A stretch of 64,000 bases of DNA from an uncultured Pirellulaceae bacterium (GTDB lineage: Bacteria > Planctomycetota > Planctomycetia > Pirellulales > Pirellulaceae), in NCBI GenBank assembly GCA_964567745.1, contig CAZMNY010000011.1, positions 70,159 to 134,158 on the forward strand, given 5' to 3'. Shown in pieces: positions 20,710-29,244 of the stretch. Under the pieces are notes generated by a model that saw only the letters and a program-made list of their open reading frames with translations, had not been told where the DNA came from and made no database searches. The translations under genes were made by a program, and so were the position numbers. How positions within the stretch are numbered: position 1 is the stretch's first letter; every line of letters begins with the position of its first letter.

Positions 20710-23013
20710 ATGTTACATGCTCGCCTTATGACCGCATTGGTCGCCTCGATTCTGCTGCCCGCCGTATTGGTCGTACCTTCATGGGGCGACGATGCGGTGA
20801 CTCAAGAAAAGGGAGCCCAAGAAAAAGCGGACAAAGGACTGGCTATTGGCGCCGCCGGACCGGCAATCTCGCTGGGAGACTATCGAGGCAAGAAATGGGA
20901 TTGGGACGTGCTGCGAGGTCAGAAGCTGACGGTCGTCGCCTTTCTCGGTACCGAATGCCCTTTGGTGAAACTTTATAGCGGCCGGCTCGAAGCGATGTCC
21001 AAAACGTACGGCGCGAAAGGCGTCGCGTTTATCGGAGTCAACTCGAACCAGCACGATTCGTTGTCTGAGATCGCCCACTTTGTCCTCACGAACAAAGTCT
21101 CCTTTCCTCTGCTCAAGGATTCCGGAAATCGGATCGCCGATGCTTATCGAGCGAAACGAACTCCTGAGGTTTTTGTTCTCGACCAGGCCAATCGTATTCA
21201 GTACCGCGGTCGCATTGACGACCAGTACACCTACGGCCTGCAGAAACCCAAAGTCACTCGCGAGCATCTCAAGTCGGCCTTGGATCAGCTACTCGCCGGC
21301 AAACGAGTGACTGTAGCTAAGACCGAAACGGTTGGGTGTCACATCGGGCGGCTTCTCAAACCAGACTCGAGCAGCAAGGTCACCTATTCCAATCAGATCA
21401 GCCGCATTTTGCAACGCCGCTGTGTGACCTGTCATCAACCGGGCGAGATCGCTCCATTCGCGTTAACGGATTATCAGGAAGTCGTCGGCTGGGCACAAAT
21501 GATTGCGGAGGTTGTCGACGAGCAGCGCATGCCTCCATGGCACGCCAATCCGAAACATGGTGACTTTTCGAACGACGCCAGCTTGTCCGAGAAAGAAAAG
21601 GAACTGATCGCCGATTGGGTTGACGCCGGCGCGCCTCAAGGTGATCCGTCGAAACTGCCGAAGCCGATCGAATTCACGAAAGGCTGGCGGATTGGCAAGC
21701 CGGATTTGATCGTGAAGATGTCTGAAAAGCCGTTTCACGTTCCCGCCGAAGGCGAGGTCCGATACCAGTATTTTGTGGTCGACCCAGGTTTCAAAGAGGA
21801 CAAGTGGGTCAAGGCCGCTGAGTGCCGGCCGGGGAACCGAAGCGTTGTCCACCATATCATCGTGGCTTCACGTCCCGCTCGCGGCGGACGGCGGGCTTCG
21901 CACGCTGGGCTCAGTTCCGAATGGATCGCAGCGACCGCACCCGGCGCCGCCCCGCTGATCCTCGCCGATGGACTCGCCAAGCGAATACCGGCGGGCTCGC
22001 AGCTCCTCTTCCAGATGCATTACACGCCAAACGGCGAAGCTCAAGACGATCTCAGTTCCGTCGGATTCGTCTTTGCCGACCCAAAGACGGTCAAGAAGGA
22101 AGTTGTCACGAAGCAGGCGGCCAATGGTCGCTTTCGCATACCAGCCGGTGCCGACAACCACCCCGTGAAAGCTCAGCGAAGCTTCGAACGGGACACCATC
22201 ATGTTGACGATGTTTCCGCATATGCACCTGCGCGGCAAGTCGTTTCGTTACACGCTGGTTTATCCCGACGAGCGAGAGGAGATCCTGCTCGACGTTCCTC
22301 ATTACGATTTCAATTGGCAAAACCAGTACCGGTTTGCGGAGCCCAAGTTCATTCCTGCCGGCTCCCGACTCGTTTGCACCGCCCACTTTGACAATTCCGA
22401 GGCGAACTTGGCGAATCCGAACCCGAACAAGTCGGTCATCTGGGGAGACCAGACGTGGGAAGAGATGATGATCGGCTATTTCGACATGTGCCTGGCGGAC
22501 CAGGATCTGACACGCACTGTCAAAACGAAATCGCGTACTGAAAAAGTTCTAGCCGCTCTGAAGGGAGAGCCGTTTGAGTCCGGCCGATTTGGCCAGCAAT
22601 TGGCGGAAGGGCTGCGAAGCCAGGATGAGTTGAAGAAGTTCGGGCGCCACCTTCATGCCGAGATGGGGCAGATTGATCGCCTCGACTGGTCATTCGTCGA
22701 CGGCGACAAACTACGCATCGAGCGTGTTGTGCAGTCGATTGGGCCCGCGACGGCGAGCAAGCCGTTGTCGGTCTCCGCCGCCGGCTTGGCGCTGGCCGAA
22801 TACGCAGAAAAGCAGAGAGTCGTCGTCAACCAAGCGTTGGACTCAATCAGGAATCCGGACTTTCGATTGATGAATCGCCATTTTCAGTCGAGCTTGCATG
22901 TCCCGACCAAGCGTGACGGCAAAGAAGGTCTCATCAGTTTTTGGAGCAGCGAGAAAGACGCGTTTCCACCAGCTGTCGTCAAGGCGCTGACAGACATGGT
23001 CGAGTCCATGTAA
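20710..23013 (+). CDS. Secreted multidomain redox protein: AhpC/TSA peroxiredoxin-like domain + c-type cytochrome (CxxCH) domain + copper type II ascorbate-dependent monooxygenase-like domain
   Basis: Signal peptide MLHARLMTALVASILLPAVLVVPSWG. Prx-like LTVVAFLGTECPLV...FPLLKD. Heme motif RRCVTCHQPG. Cu-site-like NRSVVHHIIVA and MFPHMHLRGKSFRY. ATG at 20710 is in frame with the track ORF 20413. Confidence 0.75.
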   Translation: MLHARLMTALVASILLPAVLVVPSWGDDAVTQEKGAQEKADKGLAIGAAGPAISLGDYRGKKWDWDVLRGQKLTVVAFLGTECPLVKLYSGRLEAMSKTYGAKGVAFIGVNSNQHDSLSEIAHFVLTNKVSFPLLKDSGNRIADAYRAKRTPEVFVLDQANRIQYRGRIDDQYTYGLQKPKVTREHLKSALDQLLAGKRVTVAKTETVGCHIGRLLKPDSSSKVTYSNQISRILQRRCVTCHQPGEIAPFALTDYQEVVGWAQMIAEVVDEQRMPPWHANPKHGDFSNDASLSEKEKELIADWVDAGAPQGDPSKLPKPIEFTKGWRIGKPDLIVKMSEKPFHVPAEGEVRYQYFVVDPGFKEDKWVKAAECRPGNRSVVHHIIVASRPARGGRRASHAGLSSEWIAATAPGAAPLILADGLAKRIPAGSQLLFQMHYTPNGEAQDDLSSVGFVFADPKTVKKEVVTKQAANGRFRIPAGADNHPVKAQRSFERDTIMLTMFPHMHLRGKSFRYTLVYPDEREEILLDVPHYDFNWQNQYRFAEPKFIPAGSRLVCTAHFDNSEANLANPNPNKSVIWGDQTWEEMMIGYFDMCLADQDLTRTVKTKSRTEKVLAALKGEPFESGRFGQQLAEGLRSQDELKKFGRHLHAEMGQIDRLDWSFVDGDKLRIERVVQSIGPATASKPLSVSAAGLALAEYAEKQRVVVNQALDSIRNPDFRLMNRHFQSSLHVPTKRDGKEGLISFWSSEKDAFPPAVVKALTDMVESM

Positions 23014-23062
23014 ACGTCGCCGGTTCTTGAGCCGCCATACGAACGCAGTGCCGAACCGGTCC

Positions 23063-23094
23063 GCGGGGCGGCAGCTTATGATGGCTCGCCCCGC
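23063..23094. terminator. GC-rich hairpin between convergent genes (stop of 20710..23013 and stop of the selW-like gene)
   Basis: gcggggcg-(16 nt)-cgccccgc is an 8-bp stem, 13 nt from the selW-like stop on the minus strand. Confidence 0.45.
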
Positions 23095-23106
23095 TGTCAC
23101 GATCAA

Positions 23107-23340
23107 TCAAGTCATTGCGCTGAGTTTCTCGGCGATCAACTCGTCCGACGGGAATTCGCCGGTGCTCAACTTGGAATAGATGAGGTCGCCGTTTACGGTG
23201 ATCTCATAGCAACCGCCGCCGCCCGGTTCGAGTTCGAGTGAGGAGATTTGTTGTTTGAATGTCTCAAGCAAATGGCTGGCCAGACTGACCGCCGTCGGCG
23301 TGTAGTTTCACACCGAGCAATATTTGATGTGCACCTTCAT
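23107..23340 (-). CDS. selW: SelW/Rdx-family selenoprotein (77 aa) with in-frame TGA-encoded selenocysteine in a CxxU motif: MKVHIKYCSV-U-NYTPTAVSLASHLLETFKQQISSLELEPGGGGCYEITVNGDLIYSKLSTGEFPSDELIAEKLSAMT
   Basis: Manual translation of the minus strand. ATG at 23340..23338 with GAGGCGAGAA upstream; TGA at 23310..23308; stop TGA at 23109..23107. N-terminal KV.I.YC..U and C-terminal G.FEV.vNG.LI.SK...G.FP match the Rdx/SelW family hallmark. selA and selB are in the same window. Not in the ORF track because of the internal TGA. Confidence 0.75.
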
Positions 23341-23381
23341 GAGATTCTCGCCTCGCGCAAGAGAATAGTCGGGAAAACGGG

Positions 23382-23552
23382 CTATGTTTTCTTTTTGGCT
23401 TTCTTTTTTGCCGTTTTCTTTTTGGCGGTCTTCTTCTTAGCGCTAGCTTTCGTCGTGGCCTTTTTCGATTTGGTTGACTTGGTCGATTTGCCGAAAGCGG
23501 ATTCCCAACCACTCGCGTATTTGTCGTTGGATCCTAGACGTAAGATGGTCAC
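23382..23552 (-). CDS. Candidate small lysine-rich (histone-H1-tail-like) protein immediately upstream of selW (GTG start): VTILRLGSNDKYASGWESAFGKSTKSTKSKKATTKASAKKKTAKKKTAKKKAKKKT
   Basis: A-rich tract on the minus strand. The Lys frame is open from GTG 23552 (GGGGA 8 nt upstream) to TAG 23384..23382. The alternative Arg-rich and Phe-rich frames reported by the ORF track use codons atypical for a GC-rich genome. Confidence 0.3.
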   Translation of the reverse strand: MTILRLGSNDKYASGWESAFGKSTKSTKSKKATTKASAKKKTAKKKTAKKKAKKKT

Positions 23553-23742
23553 CGAATTCCCCAGTTGTTGATTGGTGTGATGAATTGAAAACGCCGCGCC
23601 AGAATGCGCGACGTATTGGATGTTGATACAACGAGCCTAGCGTAGGGTCAAGGCCCTTCGTAATGGTCTAAGATACGTTCCCGTCTCGCCTCTGCTGTCG
23701 GCTGGGTGTTCGCTATTTCGGGCTCGGCGTTGCTTTCTGGCT

Positions 23743-24570
23743 CTACCTTCTGGCCCAATAGTCGAGCACTCGCGCCTGGTCAATGAGCGGAGTGAGCTGT
23801 TCGACAAACGCCTTGTGGGTTTCGTGCTCCAAGTAAGTATCACGGCCTTCTTCCGAGTCGAAAGTCAGCATGAAGCAGTGGGTAAACCCATCGTCATGCT
23901 TTTCGGGGCTATTGTTCTGGCCCCATTCGAATTCTCGGACTTCCGCGATTTCGTTGCTGAGATTGGCGAACTCGGATTCGATTCGTTTGATATCCTCTTC
24001 CGAGGCGTCGTCCTTGAATTTCAGATAAACGGCGTGTCTCAGCTTCTCTTCCAGCGTCTTGGAATTCGGCCAACCGAGATAGTCGATAACGAAAACGTCG
24101 GCCATGTGTGGCCGCAAGACATCGCCGAATGCTCTGTGAGCGTCGTGAGGCAAATAGACGCCTCGGCCCGAGTCGTTCTTGAAAGTCAGCACGAAGCAAT
24201 GTGTGAATCCGTCATCCAGACCTTCAGGACTGTTGTTCTCGCCCCATTCAAAACCGACGATCTCCTCGATCTTGTTCGGCAGGTTCTTGAATGCATCAAC
24301 CACACCGTCAATGTCTTCGCTCGTCGATTCCTCTTTGAATTTGAAGAATACGGTATGCCGCAGCGGTCGATTCGCAGGCCGCGGCGCCCGAACAAAGTAG
24401 CTGCCAAACGTTATCGTCGCCGATCCTTCTGGCATCCCGGGCAATTCGTCTCGCTCGGCTACCGTTTCCGGTGAGGGCGCCGAACATGCGGCGCTGGTTG
24501 CGAGCCATAGTGCTGACAGGCCCAACAGCAAGAATGATGGCGTGCCGAAGGGGCGGTTCTTATTCTGCAT
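23743..24570 (-). CDS. Lipoprotein with two tandem Dabb (stress-responsive dimeric alpha+beta barrel) domains
   Basis: ATG at 24570 gives MQNKNRPFGTPSFLLLGLSALWLATSAAC (lipobox). Two repeats of the F/YLKFKDDASEEDI...EFEWGxNNSPE...DDGFTHCF module. Confidence 0.7.
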   Translation of the reverse strand: MQNKNRPFGTPSFLLLGLSALWLATSAACSAPSPETVAERDELPGMPEGSATITFGSYFVRAPRPANRPLRHTVFFKFKEESTSEDIDGVVDAFKNLPNKIEEIVGFEWGENNSPEGLDDGFTHCFVLTFKNDSGRGVYLPHDAHRAFGDVLRPHMADVFVIDYLGWPNSKTLEEKLRHAVYLKFKDDASEEDIKRIESEFANLSNEIAEVREFEWGQNNSPEKHDDGFTHCFMLTFDSEEGRDTYLEHETHKAFVEQLTPLIDQARVLDYWARR

Positions 24571-24830
24571 CTTGTCGTTTCCAGATTGGTAAGGTGGGAA
24601 TCGTCTTGGCGGGTGAACTCGCACTGTCAGCTGTTGTGCTGATCGACACCGCACAAAGCAGAGCCTGTCATCATACCGGCGGTTTGCCGGTTTGGCCACT
24701 TGGCTCAACGGGTCAATTGCCGCAGACTTGGTCCGACGAATAGGTACAATAAACGCCTGAGATTCCGAATGACCGGTTCGCCCGCCATGCGGATTGGCGC
24801 GGCGGAAAACCAAAAACATTGAGCTGAATC

Positions 24831-25067
24831 ATGCCCATCTACGAATATGAATGTGACGGTTGCCGCGATGAGTTTGAATTGCTCATTCGCGGAGACGAAA
24901 CGCCCAAGTGCCCCGATTGTGGCGGAACCAAGCTGCAGCGGTTATTGAGTACTCCGGCAGCCCACACCGGCGGCAGCCGCGATCTGCCGATCGCTGGTCA
25001 TGAACGCGGAGGATGCGGGCGCCCTCAATGCGGTAGCGGTGGCTGTATGGGCATGGGCGGCCCCTAG
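24831..25067 (+). CDS. FmdB-family zinc-ribbon regulatory protein
   Basis: MPIYEYECDGCRDEFELLIRGDETPKCPDCGG is the canonical FmdB CxxC...CxxC N-terminus. Gly/Cys-rich tail. Confidence 0.8.
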   Translation: MPIYEYECDGCRDEFELLIRGDETPKCPDCGGTKLQRLLSTPAAHTGGSRDLPIAGHERGGCGRPQCGSGGCMGMGGP

Positions 25068-25261
25068 CTCCCACCAACTCGGCGGGCGTTGGCCGCACCT
25101 CGGCGAGTTCATTCATCTCGCGCGAGTTTTTCCCATCTCGGCCCGACGGAAAATGCAAAGTCCAAAGTGGAAAGTGCAAAATGTGTCCCCAACGAGCTCG
25201 CTCGTTCGGTGAATTAGATTCGCAGCTAACAGTTCTGCCTCAACCAGGCGGAGGTCGTTCG

Positions 25262-25945
25262 ATGACCCAATGTCTTACGAGCTCGCAGGTCTACGAATTT
25301 GATCGGATGGCCGCCGAGGAGTTTGGCATGCAGACGCTTGAATTGATGGAGTCGGCGGGGAGCGGTGTCGCAGACTGTCTGATGCGTTTGAATGCCGATC
25401 GCGCGCCGGTCGTCGTTTGCTGCGGCAAGGGTAACAATGCGGGGGATGGATTCGTGGTGGCGCGGCATCTTCATCGGGCCGGATTCGCAGTGACGGTTGT
25501 CGCAACAGCCGACCGCGAGACCTACCGAGCCGATGCGGCGGTGAATCTCAAACGAGCTGAAGAGCTCGGCGTGAAAATCGAGTACCTCGACGAGGCGGGC
25601 GAGTGCGCTATTCTGTGCGAGTTGCCGCAACCGGCGTGGGGCGTGGACGCCTTGCTTGGCGTGGGCGCTGCCGGCGCTCCTCGTGCGCCGATGGACAATA
25701 TCATTCGGCGTCTAAATGCGGCGCCGATCAAGAGGCTCGCGATCGACTTGCCGAGCGGGCTCGAGGCCGATACCGGGGAACCCTCGGAGCCGACGTTTCG
25801 AGCTGATGTCACTTGCACGCTGGTCGCGCCGAAACCGGGCTTGCTGGAAGCTCGAGCCAAGCCGTATGTCGGCGAGCTGAAAGTCGTCGGCCTGGGAGTT
25901 CCCGACGAGCTGCTGCGCCGGTTTGAGTTGCTCGAATCACTTTGA
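25262..25945 (+). CDS. nnrE: NAD(P)H-hydrate epimerase (YjeF N-terminal domain)
   Basis: ATG at 25262 (MTQCLTSSQVYEFDRMAAEEFG...). VVVCCGKGNNAGDGFVVARHL motif of YjeF_N. Confidence 0.8.
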   Translation: MTQCLTSSQVYEFDRMAAEEFGMQTLELMESAGSGVADCLMRLNADRAPVVVCCGKGNNAGDGFVVARHLHRAGFAVTVVATADRETYRADAAVNLKRAEELGVKIEYLDEAGECAILCELPQPAWGVDALLGVGAAGAPRAPMDNIIRRLNAAPIKRLAIDLPSGLEADTGEPSEPTFRADVTCTLVAPKPGLLEARAKPYVGELKVVGLGVPDELLRRFELLESL

Positions 25946-25974
25946 CAAAACGAATGTCGCTCGAGCTGCGAATG

Positions 25975-26910
25975 CTAGGCTTCGCTTGCCGGGGGCGAAT
26001 CGTATTCGAATTCGACCCACTTCATTGCTCGCCGGAACGGTTCGATCCGCAACATGATCTCGCCGTTTTGGAATAGCCGCACGGTGCCGTTCGATTCGCT
26101 CACGACGATGGCCAAGGCGTTTGTAATTCGAGTGATCGCAGCCGCCGCCCAGTGACGCGAGCCGAGTCCCTTGCTGAGCGTGATGTTAGCGTGGGTGGCA
26201 CCGACGATCTGGCAGGTCTTTTCCACCGTTCCGTCTACCGAGATGAGGAACGCGCCATCGAGCTGGGCAATTTCCTTGACCGCTTCGCGGGTCCGCCGAT
26301 CTTGCAGATTGCGCTCTTTTCGCCCGTACCCTTTGACCGCGTCGAAACCGGCGGCGTGACAAAGCGGGGCGGTTTTTCGCGTGTCGCCAACAATGAACAT
26401 CGTGCCGACCGGTTTGCCTTCACGACCCTCGCGACCAATCTCGACAGCTAAATCGACGACTTGCTTGAGCGTATCGAGCGGTACGCTCGTCTCCAGCGCC
26501 TGCAAGTCGCGCGACGTCAGACGCCCAAGGTGCTCGTCGAGGCGAATGTAGCTGACCGTATCGATGTTGCCGGCCTCAAACCCGCTGTAGATGGCGATGA
26601 CGTTCGCGCTTGGCGTCACAAGATCGTCGGCGACGCTTTCCAGGAGCGCTTGAGTCAGCTTCTCGAGAACAGGGGCTTCATCTTTGTCGATCAAAACCGT
26701 GGCAAAACCAACATCGACGGCGCCCACCAACTCGCTCTCTTGATCCGCCGCGATCAAAACTCGTTGATCTCCGGCCAAGTCTTTCAGCTTTTTCCAGTCC
26801 GTCGGATCGTCCAGCATGACAAGAATCGCATCCGCCTCAGTCGCATCGGACAATTGCACCGCGATCTCAAAGAAGAAAGCGAATTGTTTGCTGAATTTGG
26901 CGGGAGACAT
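25975..26910 (-). CDS. Diadenylate cyclase (DAC) domain protein without transmembrane segment and with an unrelated roughly 140-aa N-terminal domain
   Basis: C-terminal DAC motifs GTMFIVGD, LDGAFLISVDG, GSRHWAAAAIT (RHR-type), TNALAIVVSESNGTVRLFQNG. N-terminal domain of unknown type. Confidence 0.7.
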   Translation of the reverse strand: MSPAKFSKQFAFFFEIAVQLSDATEADAILVMLDDPTDWKKLKDLAGDQRVLIAADQESELVGAVDVGFATVLIDKDEAPVLEKLTQALLESVADDLVTPSANVIAIYSGFEAGNIDTVSYIRLDEHLGRLTSRDLQALETSVPLDTLKQVVDLAVEIGREGREGKPVGTMFIVGDTRKTAPLCHAAGFDAVKGYGRKERNLQDRRTREAVKEIAQLDGAFLISVDGTVEKTCQIVGATHANITLSKGLGSRHWAAAAITRITNALAIVVSESNGTVRLFQNGEIMLRIEPFRRAMKWVEFEYDSPPASEA

Positions 26911-27099
26911 ACGCGTATTGCAGTGCTTGAAGCGTGTGCATTCGCGAAAACGGATCGTGAAGGCACGAGGAGACGGATGGATGGCAACTCGTCCGCAGCG
27001 GTTGCGGGGTGAGTTGGGTGGGGCGAGAACGCGGAGTCAAAAGTACTTTGTGCTCCGCGCGTACATCGTAGTGAGAAAACAAAATCACTGCAACTATAA

Positions 27100-29244
27100 C
27101 TATCGGAGACGCCGCGCGATTTCCGCGAGTTGCACATTGCGCTCACCCGGTCTGCCGCCGAACACGCGCTCGTCATACAACGCGAGTGCGCGAATCGCGT
27201 GCCCCTTCGGCCCGACCGGCCACTCATGCCCGCGATTGCTGAACATCAAGTGGTTGAGGTAGTCAACCGACTCCACGATGTACCGCTTTTCTAGCTCCTC
27301 TCGAGGAAGCGAAAAGACAAGCCATTCGAGAATGTGGCCGGTGGTCTGCATGCGACGGTCGATGTCGCGGTACGCTTCCGGTTTTTCAAACCAGCTGGTG
27401 CTGTAACTTCCGTCCGAGTTCCGCAGCGTTGCAGCGTGCTTGTGGTATTTGCGAACCAAATCGGCCGCTCGACGCCATTGCCCCGTAAGAGGTTCGTCGC
27501 GTTTGAGTCGTCGATTGACCGCGTAGGCGAAGCCCATGAGTCGGTGAGTTCCGCCGCACGCCGCGCCATTAACTTGTTGGGCCAATTCCTCTTCGATCAA
27601 CCGCTCGATGCTCCATTGTTCGCCGTCGGACGTCGTCCAGGTCGTATCTGATTTCAGATAGTGCGAGAGGCCGATCAATTTGAACGTCAGCTCCGATTTC
27701 GGGCGGCAGGTGTCCATTTCGTAGCGGACTAGATCGCCGACGGTGAAATCGGCACCGTCGACGCGAAGAGCAAAGTCGCGTTTGACCTTGGATTGGGCCA
27801 GCATCGAGAGAAACTGGCCGCGATGGCCTTGGACGCCCGGACCTTGTCGAGTGCGGAGCTCGCCCTGTTCGGTGTACAGCAACTGCTGGTCGCGACACTG
27901 GCCGTTCCAGCAGAGCCAGCCCAACGTATTGACTCGGCGCCCGTCGACAGCCAGTTGTGAGTCGACGCCGAAGGGCAGCATCGAGTGCATGACGCCCCAA
28001 GGACTGCGAGTGCGGTAATTTTCCAAGTCGTTGTAGTAGAACGCCAACGTCGCGCGCACTCGCGACTTCATTTGTTCCATCTCCGGCGACAACACCGCAA
28101 CCGGCGGCGCGACGCGCGTGATGACCGGCTGCTTTTTCTTCGGCGCCACGGCCACGGAGTCCATCGGTCCCTCGTTCGAGTCGGCCAATGCCTGCTCGTT
28201 CAAGGCGTCGGACGTGTCCGCCGCAGTGTGCGGCTCCTCCGGCGTTCGCGTCACGGTCGCTTGCGGCTTCGCTGGTTTCGTCGCTGCTGGTTTCGTCGCT
28301 GCTGGTTTCGTTGCTGCTGGTTTCGTTGCTGGCGGTTTCGTTGCTGGTGGTTGTTCGTTTGTGTTGCTCGTTGTGTTTTCTTCCAGCTCGTTCTCCGCCG
28401 GCCTGTCAAGCGGTTTTTTGTTTGCCTCGTTCGCCGGCTTGTTCAGCGAGTCGCCACCGCTGCTTGTGTCTGTCAGAGATTTGGCGGCGATTTCTTTCGG
28501 CACCGAGATGCCCGGAAACTCATCCGGTTCGTTGTTCACAGCGGCAGCGTTCTTCGCGCGCCGTTCCATGTCCAGGATTTGGCGCAGCGAGCGACGCATC
28601 GATTCACTGATCTCTTTGGCTCCGCGCGGCGTGGCGAGTTCTCGCCTCGGCAAGGTCGGTCCGGGCGGAGTGGCATTCAAGTCGTCGGGCGTCGAGCGAA
28701 ACTGGGTGATCTTTCGGGGGCTCAGGCCCAGTTCGAAATCGGGCGGCAAGGTTTCGATCTGCTCGGATGTCGCCGAGACGCGGTCTGACGCGATTGCGAC
28801 GGGCGAGTCAGCGGCGGGAAATATTTTCTTGTCGCCGCCCGACGCGACAGGATCTGAATTTCGAGTTCGAGCGGGTTGAATAGGCGCGACGAGCGGCTGG
28901 TGTTGCGGCATCGCTTTGCTCTCGGGCCTCGCATCGCTGGTCTTGTCCGCCAAGGACTCGATCGCAGCTCGAGCCGGTTCGATTGCTCGGTCGATCGTTG
29001 TCGGCTCCGGCGTGGCGTTCGCGTCGGAGTTTCGCGCGATCGAAGCCTGTTGTTGATGTTGCTGTTCTTTTGCGTCCGCCATTCTCTGCTGACGCTCGTA
29101 CCACTCGGGTTCCAGATGAGGTCCGGCGGGCTGGTTGTAAAACGGCTGGTCGAGCGAGTCGGCGTCACTTGTCTTTTGTATCCAGTGATTGACGCCGAAG
29201 AGTGTCAACAACAACAGAGCCGAGGAGAAGAGAGTACGAGACAT
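27100..29244 (-). CDS. Secreted protein with (A/P)TKPA tandem repeats and a conserved roughly 370-aa C-terminal domain of unknown function
   Basis: ATG at 29244 gives signal MSRTLFSSALLLLTLFGVNHW. Low-complexity PPATKPPATKPAATKPAATKPAATKPAKP. Confidence 0.6.
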   Translation of the reverse strand: MSRTLFSSALLLLTLFGVNHWIQKTSDADSLDQPFYNQPAGPHLEPEWYERQQRMADAKEQQHQQQASIARNSDANATPEPTTIDRAIEPARAAIESLADKTSDARPESKAMPQHQPLVAPIQPARTRNSDPVASGGDKKIFPAADSPVAIASDRVSATSEQIETLPPDFELGLSPRKITQFRSTPDDLNATPPGPTLPRRELATPRGAKEISESMRRSLRQILDMERRAKNAAAVNNEPDEFPGISVPKEIAAKSLTDTSSGGDSLNKPANEANKKPLDRPAENELEENTTSNTNEQPPATKPPATKPAATKPAATKPAATKPAKPQATVTRTPEEPHTAADTSDALNEQALADSNEGPMDSVAVAPKKKQPVITRVAPPVAVLSPEMEQMKSRVRATLAFYYNDLENYRTRSPWGVMHSMLPFGVDSQLAVDGRRVNTLGWLCWNGQCRDQQLLYTEQGELRTRQGPGVQGHRGQFLSMLAQSKVKRDFALRVDGADFTVGDLVRYEMDTCRPKSELTFKLIGLSHYLKSDTTWTTSDGEQWSIERLIEEELAQQVNGAACGGTHRLMGFAYAVNRRLKRDEPLTGQWRRAADLVRKYHKHAATLRNSDGSYSTSWFEKPEAYRDIDRRMQTTGHILEWLVFSLPREELEKRYIVESVDYLNHLMFSNRGHEWPVGPKGHAIRALALYDERVFGGRPGERNVQLAEIARRLR
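28271..28345. repeat. 15-bp tandem repeat (gctggtttcgtcgct/ttgct) x5 inside the 27100..29244 gene, encoding the TKPAA repeats
   Basis: Direct reading of 28271-28345. Confidence 0.85.

Noticed and set aside
20920-20960. Thioredoxin-fold motif in the 20710..23013 protein as a possible CxxU/UxxC selenoprotein site
   Set aside because: The ORF is uninterrupted. Motif T-E-C-P fits the peroxidatic Cys of AhpC/TSA peroxiredoxins, so there is no missing Sec.
23248-23571. Track ORFs in the A/T-rich tract upstream of selW (+ strand Phe-rich 107 aa; - strand Arg-rich 82 aa that runs into selW in another frame)
   Set aside because: Low-complexity products of alternative frames over a poly-A/T tract. 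The Arg frame uses AGA/AAG-type codons unusual for this genome and overlaps selW. Only the Lys frame is reported (low confidence).
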